From the human T2T-CHM13v2.0 reference genome, Homo sapiens, in the NCBI RefSeq assembly GCF_009914755.1, contig NC_060925.1: a stretch of 64,000 nucleotides of DNA. One strand, 5' to 3'. The translations under genes were made by a program, and so were the position numbers. Below, one piece after another: positions 15,596 to 28,536 of this stretch. How positions within the stretch are numbered: position 1 is the first letter of the stretch; each line of letters opens with the position of its first letter. Below the pieces are notes generated by a model. That model did not search any database, had not been told where the DNA came from, and was given only the letters and a program-made list of their open reading frames with translations.

Positions 15596-16662
15596 GTAAG
15601 TGAGATGAGAGCCTGGGCTGTCACACTTTATATTCTAATATTTTTAACCCAATTTGCTTTAGTGTGGTCAGAGAAGCTGGAAATTGAATCAGAGACCTCA
15701 GGGGCAACTCAGGTGATAAGTCAGCCTGGATGTGAAGTTTATCAGTCTTGGCTCCGTGTGTTTAATTAGAAGCTAGTGGAATGTTATCATTGACTCCGCC
15801 AGCAAACATCTTCACTGGAGAGGCAGCTGGGTTAAGGAAGAACATGCTGAAAATAGAGCTTATGAACATAGCTGAAAACTGTTTATCCACAGCAACCAGC
15901 AGAAGTGAGGGGCGGGAGAGAGCCCAGCAGTTGGCAATCAGAGCGTGCATATAAGCAAAGGGATCATTTCTTCCAAGCTGTGTCAGAGGGCACTCAATCA
16001 TGTATACTGAGCTTTCTTCCTGAAAAGATAGTTCAAATCTGTGTGGATTGTCAAGTTTTCTTCCTCTCCATAATATGGTCATTAATATTTCACTTCTTTT
16101 AGCCAGGAACTTTCAATAATTCAACATCTGCTCTTCCAGGCTGCCTGCAAGAAAGGCCAGTTTCCACCCACTGCCCTCCTGGGTTTGTCCTTCCAGGTAC
16201 AGAATCTGAGAGGTACTGGGGAAAAGAGGAGGCAACGAGGCTAGTCTCTCACTCCTCTCTCTTCCCTACCTGTGTTTCTTGGACGGGTTCACATTCTTCT
16301 TGCATCAGATAGTAAATGCAGTCAAGGAACTGGTGAGGAAAATGGGAAGTTTTTTTGTGCATGTGTTAGATGGGAAGAGGAAAATTGGCAAGTGTTCTTT
16401 AAGAAAAGCAGACACAGTTACATTCATGAGGCAACCGGTTGCCAGACTAGTGTGACTCCTGAAGGAACAACTTGGATTGCCTTTTTTTTTAAAATCAGTT
16501 TTTATCTAGACCAAATCTCTTTTATTTCAGTGATGTCAAGCAGCTCATGTTACCTTCGCCCAAAGAGAAAGATGTATGGGAGCTTCAAACTCAGGACAAT
16601 TCTCAATGTCCTTAGCGTTGACTCATATTAAAAATGTTAAGAGAACACTAGAATAATAGTGA

Positions 16663-16690
16663 TGTGTGTGTGTGTGTGTCTGTGTGTGTT
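16663..16690. repeat. (TG)n microsatellite
   Basis: Directly visible. Confidence 0.9.
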
Positions 16691-18429
16691 TGTGGTTTCC
16701 TTTCCTGGAAACCCTTTCTAGGATTAACCTAGGTTAATCCAACATAATGATAGTCTGAAGAGGTTGAATAAATCAGCCCAGATACGCAGGTGATTTAGCC
16801 AAGGCTACATGGTGAGTCTAGGGGCAAAGCCGAATAAGGGTGGAGTCCCTAATTCATAGCTAACCTGCACTGCCATAGTCTATCGGAAGTGAGGTAGAGA
16901 TTATTATCTGATTTTATTATTCCGGGACACGTAAACTTGGCTGAGGACACACAGCTCGGAACCCTAGCCCATAGATAAATAGACAACTTTATAGAGTATA
17001 ATTTGAGTAAGCCAAAAAGTTTCCACTTACATATATTCTAGACCTCCACTTTAAAGTAATTTGAGGGGGACAGAGAGGCAAAGTGAGCAGCATTTCTTCA
17101 GAAATCACGTTGTCTGGAAATAGCTCAGTAGTGCGCATGGCACTCCGTTAGCCAATTGCTGTCCTGGGCCTGGAGGGCCATAGAGCTGGACAGAGGCCTT
17201 GTTTTGTTTGGTTCGGTTTGTGCTTGTGGTATTCAGGCTGGTAGGTCTGATGGCTGGTAAAGTGCTAAAGCAATCATGGGTGCGAGGTACACAGTGGGGA
17301 ATGTATCAAACGGTCACTTTCCTAAGGGAGACATTCTCCCCCTTCTAGGAATTTGCTGAGGGTTGGGCTGAGTGGAAGCGTTTCCTTCCTGCCTGTTCTC
17401 TGACTTCCAATGCGCACTTTGTTTTAGGCTGGATAGCTACACATCATCAATGAGATTGCAGACAGTCCCTGTGCTTGCTAAGAACGGTGGAAGGTTTTAG
17501 GACTACTGTGTCTTACATATTCATTGTCTAAGCCCCCAAGTGTACAGCATTCAAAGCTATTCCTTCCAGCTCTGAAATTTCTTTGGGTGAAAGCTGTCGA
17601 CTTTCCTTAGAGGAAAAAGAAAGCCATTTCATCAGGGCACTGACCTCATTCCTGTAAGCTTGACTGGCTGAGCCCTGGGAGTGACACCTGTCCCAGTCTT
17701 TGGCTTTAGCAAGTGATTGATTTGAAGAAATGGTATTGGTCATTTAACCCACAAACTGATTCTGAAATAAGACTCATTTGTAATAAATACATCTCACATT
17801 TGAGGACTGAATTCTTCAACACACATTCCAAGTTTTGTCAGTTAGAAAAAATACAGTACTTTGTAAAGTATAAAATCCATAACTCTATATAACCCAAACA
17901 ATAGGTTGAAAACTGGGTTTGTTGTAAGTAACGTATTAATAACACCTGGTGTAATACCTGTTAACATGCTCGGTGCCTGAAGCAAATTGGCAAGCGTTTC
18001 ATCTCCTTTTGCCAATAACTTGTCAGAAACTGACTGAGGGTTCCTTCCAAACTCTCAGAAGAACATCCAAGGCCAGGCAGCTTATGTAGCTCTTGAACTT
18101 CACCAGGGCGAGGGCTGGGCCCCGGCCAACTAGAGAAGCCACAGCTGAATCAGAGGAGGAATTCCGAAGAGCTGGGCAGGGGCCTCCTGATGGCGAGATG
18201 CTGAATGGGATAAGAATGTGATGAATTAATTGATTTGTATCTTACGCAAGAGCTGCAGTGAGGATGGTGAAATTCATTTCCTTCCATAGGTCCTGCCCCT
18301 TTCTTTGTAAGTCAGTCAGCAGCATTGCCAGAGCTGCCTAAAATGCCACCTCCATCCCCTGACAATCAAAGAGGAATCTTTTCATGCAGGCTGAGTTCTA
18401 ATGACGAACTCATTAAAATCAAGACCACT

Positions 18430-18900
18430 TACTATGCGTATGTGATGTGTTATAAGCACTTTCAGATGCATGATTTTAAACATTCTGGCCATCCTGTGAG
18501 GTCAGTACCATATTATCCCCATTTCGTGGACAGAACAGTCGTTTAGAGAACTTCAGTAATTTACTCGAGGCAATCTGGTGTGAAAAGTTTGAGAGAGGAC
18601 ACTGCAACCAGGCCACCTGGGTCCAGATCTTGGCCTTGCCACTTACGAGCTATGTGACCTTGAGAAAAGGTCTTAACTTCTTTGTGTTTCAATGTCCTTA
18701 TCTGTAGAATAAGGATAATAGTGTTGCGGATGTCACAGAGTCGTAATGAGGGTTAAATAAGTTGATATATAGACAGCTCCGAGAACCTGGCCTGGCATAT
18801 GGTAAGGACTAGCTACTTATTTGTGGTGGTGATTTGTTTTTACTCTGTGAGAGATTTGAACCCAGTTTAGTTTGATGCTAGGGTCAGAGTTCTTTGTCAT
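18430..18900. mobile_element. MIR (+, about 18590-18815) nested within an opposite-strand MIR
   Basis: Minus-strand core tattatccccatttc...; plus-strand ccacttacgagctatgtgaccttgag...tatctgtagaataaggataatag; minus strand resumes at gatttgaacccag. Confidence 0.65.
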
Positions 18901-19663
18901 CTGTTCTTAAGAAGCCAGTGGAATAAATATCTTCTTTCTCCTACATTTACAAAGAGATGATAATCCTGCTTTAGAAGAGTTATCATGCCTGCAGAGGTAT
19001 CATAGAGATTAGTTTTTATCCGCAGAGCACTTTTTAATTGGAGGATAATTGCTACACTGGACTAGTGTGGTAGTAGGAATTTATATCAAAATTAGACTTT
19101 GTGACTGAAAGTGTAAACAAATGCATTCTTGCTAAGACTAGCCACATATTTAGAGGCATATAGCAGTCTGAAATAATTCTATTCCTTTGTCAACACACAG
19201 ACGGAGGACCGTTGGGCCTTTTGCTAAATTTGGCTCTGCTGCACTTCCGTCTTTAGAACTAGGCAATTGCTTCATCATGCCTACATTGTGCTACCCTGAT
19301 ATTTTGGTACCTACTGCACTGCCGCACATTCATGGGACGCCAGCTGTACCATCTATATAATAATCTGAGAACTTGGCCATTCACCATCCAAAGTTTTCAT
19401 ACAAACCAATGAAGGCGGCGTGCACTTCAGATGAGCAAACACCAGACCTGTAGTATAGGTGGACAGATAACTAGATTTTGCTTTTCTGATAAAAAAGGAA
19501 TCTTGTCTGTTGTTTTAGAACTACTTTATATGGACAGTGAGTGCAGCATGATTTCTTCCAACTGGAGATTTAATGGAGACCTGGATCAAACATTACATAC
19601 TTTGTTACATCTTTTTGAGAATGAGTTGGAGTGAGGGGATGTTATGTTGAAAAAGAAGAGGCA

Positions 19664-20008
<345 letters not shown>

Positions 20009-20236
20009 TTAGACTGCAAGCTCAATGAAGATCAAAACTAGGTTGGTCTTGTTTTGTTTCAGGCACTCTCTGTATGTATTTGTTGAATGAATGAATGAAA
20101 ATAATAGTTATGATTATAATATTATCTAAGTATGAAGAACATGCCTCTGGATCAGTAAAGACACATAAAATGGTAGGAGGGTTAAAGAACATCAGTGGGT
20201 ACCAACTGTTTTGTCATGACAGGGGGATATCTCTGA

Positions 20237-20573
<337 letters not shown>

Positions 20574-21694
20574 ATGGTGAACTCTTTTTAAATGACACAT
20601 AAAATTTCCTGATTTGTCTTTTAAAAGTTACATCTAGATTTTCATGTATCATTTTTCTTATAAGGATAGCTAATTAATATATAGATTTTATGTATGGATT
20701 TTCATATTTCATGTATATAACATGAATTAAACTGTTATTTGTATGAAGTGCCAAGCTCCTTTTGGGTAGTACCTACCACCCTGTATATACCACATGCCAA
20801 ATGAGTTTTTAAGATATTGGCATGTCCCAAATTCACCATTTACATTCTTGAAAGTACTTCCTTTGTTCCATACAGATCTAACTAAATATTAGAGGTATCT
20901 GACCTTTTATTTTTTGAAAAAATGTTTGATGTTCTGACTATTTGCAACAAAAGAGCTCTGTTCTCAAATGCCCTGTATGGAGAGAATTTCTCGGTTCTTT
21001 TGAGAGGGATAAAAAACCTCTCTTAAGTCTGTGAGACTAAAGATAAAGGGCATCCCAGCACCATGTATCTGAGGGATAATGACTGTCCGTATCGGAGAGC
21101 TGGGCGGTGATGGGTGTGTTGGAAGCACCGGCTGGACCAATGGACTTGGAGCTAGAACTTGGTTTTGCTCTCGGCGTTGCCGCAGGGTGGCTGTCTTGCC
21201 TTATGCAGGTTTTGATTCTCTTCTGTAAGGATCTGGTAGCTATTCCAAAGCCAACCCATCTGTGCTATGGGATTTGATGCCACATGACTCCAGCTACCCT
21301 GGTAGGCCTTTCCCAGGCGTTGGTCAGAGATATGATCCAAAGGCTGTCTGTAGAAGATTGTTCTCTCCTGAGTGTTCTGATGCAGCCAGCACAAGGGTTT
21401 CCTAAGGAAAGGAACCTGGTCCTGCTTCGGTCGTTTTCGTATCCCCTAGGGGCTGCTGAATAAAGTACTAGTTCCCAAGCTTTCTGTCATATCTTCTCTG
21501 CACACTTCTGGAGTAGAGTGGGTGAGGGCAAGGCCAGGAGGTCAGTGCCACAGCGTGGGAAGAGAGGAGGCCCTGGGCCCTATTCTCTCTGGGGAGCTTT
21601 ACATCACCCATTGCTCTCTCCATCTCCCCAGGGCCCAGATGGCTCCATTCTAGAGCTTCTCCTCCAACCCCTTCCCACCTTCCATCCCAAACAC

Positions 21695-21845
21695 TTTCCT
21701 CTCTCCTTCTTGGTCTCTCTCTCTCTCTTTCTCTGCCCTTCCTTCCTTCCCTCCTTCCCTCCCTCCCTCCCTTCCTCTCTTTCTCCCTCCCTCCTTCCCT
21801 CCTTCCCTCCTTCCCTCCCTCCCTTCATGTTTTCCTTTCTTCCTT
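21695..21845. repeat. Pyrimidine-only (CCTT/CCCT)n low-complexity tract (expanded Alu tail)
   Basis: Directly visible; abuts the AluJ tail. Confidence 0.9.
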
Positions 21846-22154
21846 CTTTCTTTTTCTTTTTTTTTGATACAGGGTCTTGCTCTGTTACCCAGGCTGAAGT
21901 GCCACCCCTGTGATGCCTAGTGGTACAAACACTGCTCACTGCAGTCTTGACCTCCTGGGCTCAAGCAATCTTCCTGCTTCAGTAGCTGGGACTGCAGGTC
22001 CACACCACCACTCCCAGCTAGTTTTTTAATTTTTTTGTGCAGATAGTGTCTCACTATGTTGCCCAGGCTGGTCTCGAACTCCTTGCCTCAAGAGTCCTCC
22101 CATCTTGGCCTCCTGAAGTGCTGGGATTACAGGTGTGAGCCACTGTGCCCAGCC
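21845..22154 (-). mobile_element. AluJ
   Basis: AluJ diagnostics; carries an extra ~16 nt at 21903-21918. Confidence 0.88.
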
Positions 22155-22324
22155 TCTCTGCTCTTTCCCTTCCTTCTCCTCTTAGTTAAAATTGTAGCCG
22201 TGGTCAGAGGTGGCTCCGTCTCCTCGTAGAAAGCAGGGAGCAAGACTACAAAAGAAATGGTAAAATTTTAACGAATTTTAAATGAATAAATCCCTAATTT
22301 CCTATGGAATGACAAACTAAATGA

Positions 22325-22665
<341 letters not shown>

Positions 22666-22778
22666 TAATAAGTCTATAATAGGTATACACAGGGCCTGAC
22701 TATTCCAGATAGTGTCAGCTGTGTAGTTTTCTTATTAGCAGACTTGGGATCTATATTTATAGACAATTGAAGTTTTAA

Positions 22779-23192
<414 letters not shown>

Positions 23193-24092
23193 TAAACACT
23201 ACTAAAATGTGTAGATTTGGTGGTGCAGCACATCAAGGAGCACAAATTTTACAAATTTCTTTTTAACCATCTCTGCGTTGTATTTTCAGAATACGGATGA
23301 TTCATTTTAATCCTGGTGTCTTTAAATGATTAAGGATTTTCATACATGAGGTATTTCCCACAGGGAAATTCTAAGGTAATTTGGGTATGATTCGTTTAGA
23401 GTTTTTCATTATTTACAACAATTTAGTAACCATTAGACTTTCTTCCTTGCATGTGAATACATACATATATTTTTACATCAAGTATTTCCATCGAATTTTA
23501 GCTGCTTATATTTTCTTTTTAACCATTACTTGGAATGGTATTTTCCTATAAGCGGGGAATAAAGAAACTACTTCTGTCTCTCGGGTATATTAACAGGGAC
23601 AGTGGGGCCTAATTTCTTATGTCCCCTCAGTTAGCCTTTGTCACAGACACTCCTGTGTTTTGGGGTCAGGAGGGAAGAGATCATTGCAGACTACAGTCAT
23701 GGAATTTGATTCATTTAACTGAAAACTTTTTATTTTACTTTACCCATCTTAAGTCCTCCTGATAGCCCTATAAAGTAATAAATTGTCCAAACCCCTTCAG
23801 GAAACTATTCTTAATTCCATCATCATTTATAGTTGCCTATCTGCCCAATAAACCAGAATTTAGCCTTAAAGCCATCGCTCTCTTAATCTGTATTATGATC
23901 TTGTCTTTATATATGAGTTTTGTTTTTCAAATTAGTGGATGGCCTTAGGTACCATTTTGTTATTCTGCTTGTTTGTGTCTTCTGAAGACAGTCACAGCAT
24001 CATAGAATACTACAGATTGGAGGGGTCTATGGGATCATCAGAACCAGTGCTTTTCAAAAAAATTTTAACTGCAAACTCCCCATTTGAAGTGA

Positions 24093-24493
<401 letters not shown>

Positions 24494-24649
24494 TAGATGA
24501 GAGAACTGACACCTCTAGAGATAAAATTAGCTGCCCAACATTTTGGTGAGGGAGGAAGAGTCCATTTTTGTTGCTTAGAAGCTTCGAAATCAGCAGAGGT
24601 CAGTGTATGTGGAGATTGCTGGTAATAAGTCTGGAAACAGAGCAGAAGG

Positions 24650-25081
24650 TTGCAGGTTGGAACCTGGCTTCCCTGGAAGCCAACACTCAGGTGGAGCTGG
24701 GCATGCAGGATGTTTACTGGAAATCCACACCCGTAGAAACCAGGAGGATGCAGGATTGTACCAAGGAAAAAGTCAAACTGCCACACAGGCCAACAAAGCC
24801 TTGGCCAGCCCCACAGGGAAGCGCTGGAGCATAAATGGCCCATCCTCGTGTCCTGTGTTGGACTTGATGGCTGGGCCTTTATACCCTCACTGCTATCAGT
24901 CTTTGGATGTGAACCACCTTGGGAAGGGCAGGCCCTTGGCCTTCTGCAGCATTCTGTGGCTTTCTTCAGTGGAAGCAAATCCTGAAGAAGCTGTCAGCTG
25001 GAAGCCAATTGCCCACAGCTGGGGCAACAAGTCCTCCCTTGAAGCAAGATCTAGAAGGCACATCTCCATGTCCCCTCCACA
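24650..25081 (-). mobile_element. LTR16-family (ERVL) solo LTR
   Basis: ttccctggaagc...gcatgcaggatgtttac...ggcctttataccc...cagctggggcaacaagtcc...tccaca match the LTR16 pattern. Confidence 0.75.
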
Positions 25082-25370
25082 TGGCCCCAGGATTGCTGGT
25101 GAACATGAGAGACAGTGGAGAGGAGAGTCCCGGGAGGCAGCCTTCCCAGCCAGGCCACCCCAAACTTCTGGTTAGGGATTCCCAGCTTCACAGCACTACG
25201 TAAGCTGCTTGCCAACAGATGTTTTGACAACATCTGTTGTCAAAGGTTGACAACAACCTTTGGTCCTTGCGATGGCTTTCTCCTGTGTTTCAAGATGGAT
25301 TCCTATTGGCATCTTTCATTTCCACCTCTGTTTCACCAAGTTTAGTGACCATTTTCATACATTGGGGCTT

Positions 25371-25500
25371 AATGTGGTGCAGTGGAAAGTGTAGCAGATT
25401 GAATGTGGAAGATCGGGTTCCAGATCTCGTTCAGGAAGTTAGTAGCTGTGTGACCAAGAGCAAGTCGTTCAGCTTTTCTGAGCCATGATTCCTCAGGTGT
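25371..25500 (+). mobile_element. MIR fragment
   Basis: tggtgcagtggaaag...tagctgtgtgacc...caagtc...tctgagcc. Confidence 0.7.
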
Positions 25501-25516
25501 ACACACCAAGTGATGA

Positions 25517-25922
<406 letters not shown>

Positions 25923-26629
25923 TGTGATCCTTAACTTTTAATCTACAGTTCCTCTTTTTTTTTTAAGCCAAGTAGATGGGTGATTTTGTTTTCTGCTAAT
26001 TATTTTGGTATCTTTCATTCCACCTCTGTTTCACCAAATTTAGTGACCGTTTTCATACATTGGGGCTAAATGTGGTGGTCGTTCTCCAGAAGAGTGAGTG
26101 TAAGTTCGCTCTTACTTTGAGCAGCTTATCTCTGTTTAGGCGATTTCTTTGTCACCATTAATGGAAGTGTGACACCTTTCTGAGTCCCAAATGTATCGGT
26201 TTATCAAAAACCACATCTGCAATGCTGCACCTTGTACTGAGTTCACCTCAGTCTGGTACTTTCTTTGCCTTTTGTCTTGTTTGCCTCCTTGTTAGATTAG
26301 CTCCTTAAAACTTTTTCTTTTCATTTTCCACTAAGTCATAACTCTCTAGACTAAATCCTATTAAAGAAACATTTAAAGTGTTTCTTTACTGTGAAGTGTA
26401 TCATGCATGAAAATAGTGTGTGAAATGGAGGTAGATGTTCAGTTTAAAGACCAATAGTAGAGCAAACGTCTATATACCAACTCCTCAGGTTAAGAAATCC
26501 TCTTGTGATATATTTATGCACGTGGAGTAGCTACTTTTTCCAGAATTTGGGGACATGTAATGATGACTGAGAGATCATATAGTCTACATAAAACAGCTCA
26601 TCATCCTAGAATGAGAAAGAGAGAAACCA

Positions 26630-27000
26630 GCCAATAAAGAAGGGCAGTGTGTATAGGTACTTACAATGAGAAATACAAACAAGATGGGATTGGAGCCGTT
26701 CTCTATGTCTGGGAGAGTTAGAAAAGTTTCCAAGAGGATGAGACTTTTGAAAAGTTTCCAAGAGGATGAGACTTTTTAAGGGATGGTTTGCCTGAGGAAG
26801 ATGAGCGTTCCAGGTAAAGGGAACAGCATAGCACGTGTAGTGATTCTTCTCCCTCCTCATTCCCCTCTCACCATTCTGACCATTCACCTTCAGTTTCGTT
26901 TCCACTCTCCTATCCTCCATAAATGTTGGTGTTCCCATAGGTGTTGCATTAGGATCTCTTCTCACGTCATTCAATTTTCATCCATTCACTTGCTCAATGT
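26630..27000. mobile_element. L2 fragments
   Basis: gagcgttccaggtaaagggaacagcat (L2 antisense) and taaatgttggtgttccc (L2 sense). Confidence 0.6.
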
Positions 27001-27009
27001 CAATGAAGC

Positions 27010-27140
27010 AATGGGTCTCCAGAAACTCCTGCCTGCAGAACTATCTGTGGAGCTTGGTAAAATGCAGATGGTCCCACCAGCTCAATCAGAATCTTTGGGG
27101 TAGGGTCCAGGTATCTTTAGTGCAGATGACTGGGACTCCA
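27010..27140. mobile_element. MER5A-like hAT remnant
   Basis: ggagcttggtaaaatgcagat...aatcagaatctttggggtagggtccagg. Confidence 0.6.
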
Positions 27141-27899
27141 CATGGAGAAACACAGGTGAACAGGGAGGGTTGGAGAGACCACTCAGGAATCAGTCACAGG
27201 TGACCTTGTGCTTCCTGCTACCATGGCTGCCCCTCCCAGCCTGCCTCACCTGTGCCTTTCTCCCTTCTCCCTTCCTGCCTTCAGCTCCTCTGTTGCTTCT
27301 TCTTCCTTAAACATCTTCACCGGTTCCTGTGCTATTACAGAGCCCCGTCTGTGGGTCTCATGTCTCTGCTCCATGCCACGCCCTCCCTTGGGCATCATCT
27401 GGGCTTTGGCTGGGTCTGTGGAGGGTCCTGGGCTGCAGTGCCATGAACAGTGGAGTGGGGCATGCGAAGTTGACAGTCACACTGAAAGCTCCTGCCTCGC
27501 CTCTCTACCTTCTTCTCTTTTGGGGGTTTCTTTCCTGAGGCAGGGAAAAAGAAACAGGAACCCAGACCAAACTGAGGAAAACACGATCAGAGATGAGATG
27601 GGGTCAGAGGCAAAGGGCTGTTTGTTGGGTTTGCACTTTCATTACTGAGAGCATTGGAATAGTTTTAAGGCGTGCAAACTGTGAGACTAGACAATTTCAC
27701 TTAGAAAATGAAACGTGCATGCAGATGTTATTCTCATGGGGATATATATCTGCATCTGTTTGTCTACAAGTGTTCCCTTGCAGAGTCACAGACATATACA
27801 AAACCTGGGTTCCATCAGCTTTGTCTGCACATACGTGGCTAAATGTGTACAGGGATGTACAATTAAAGATTTTAAACACTTGATTTTGACAGTATATTT

Positions 27900-27988
27900 T
27901 GCAGCTGCTGTGCCAAGAACCCTAAGCTACTGTGGGTTAATTGGAGTTGTAGCAAGTATTTCTTTCTCGGCTGTCTCTTTTAGCAGAG

Positions 27989-28026
<38 letters not shown>

Positions 28027-28200
28027 CCTCTCTCCCTGTTTCACCCCTCCCTGCCTGCCTGCCTCTGCCCCTCCCTCCCTCCCTCCCTCTCTCTCTCTGA
28101 GATAGCAGACACCAGAGTGAAACTGGTGCAGCTTCCTTTGAGAAGCGTGCTTGCATGTGCGGATTGGCAGGATTGTGTGAGCTCCTCTCCCATCCATGCA
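27900..28200 (+). promoter_or_regulatory. Putative internal promoter / TSS region of the alternative first exon (CT/GA-rich tract)
   Basis: (CT)n and ccct-rich tract at about 27990-28098, directly upstream of repeat-free sequence that ends in the ATG cluster and donor. It sits in a 5.7-kb Alu-free interval. The TSS position is inferred. Confidence 0.45.
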
Positions 28201-28513
28201 CTGTTCTTGGAGGGAAATGCAATGTTGGAGCAGGGGCTGAGCTGCACTGGGAAGGTGGCTGGGAGCTCAGTGAGGCCAGGATCATGGTTTAGCCAAAGGC
28301 TGGAATCACAAGAATGTTTCACCAGGGTCTGCTCTGAGAGTTCTCAGACCCCCATGGATTTTAGAATTTTCCAGCCTTTCCTCCTTCACCTTCGCACAAT
28401 TTTACTTTCTCCTGAGATGGCCCCAGATCTGCAAGAGACATTTGAGAGAAGCTATTTATTAGCAGACGTGAAGAAATGGATTCTGCACTTGATTATTTAG
28501 CCATGACTTATCA

Positions 28514-28536
28514 ATGATGATGGATTGGAAAGCAGT
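28514..28536 (+). CDS. KIF26B: Coding part of a probable alternative first exon of a short KIF26B isoform (MMMDWKAV...)
   Basis: ATG ATG ATG GAT TGG AAA GCA GT is followed by the consensus donor gtaagt (28537-28542). The phase-2 end matches the 1-nt overhang of the 58148 exon (GT+A=Val, then AAQK). There is an in-frame stop TGA at 28490-28492 upstream, and the third ATG is in strong Kozak context (atgATGg). Confidence 0.75.

Noticed and set aside
18290-18306. Possible 17-nt exon (ccatag|...TTT|gtaagt)
   Set aside because: Poor exonic donor context and frameshifting; no further support
24603-25175. 190-aa ORF
   Set aside because: Lies within the LTR16 remnant; no splice or domain support
27715-28500. 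Longest ORF in the track (261 aa) as an independent gene
   Set aside because: It has a non-ATG start, runs through the (CT)n tract (SLSLSL) and has no recognisable domain. Only its ATG-initiated tail is kept, as a possible uORF.
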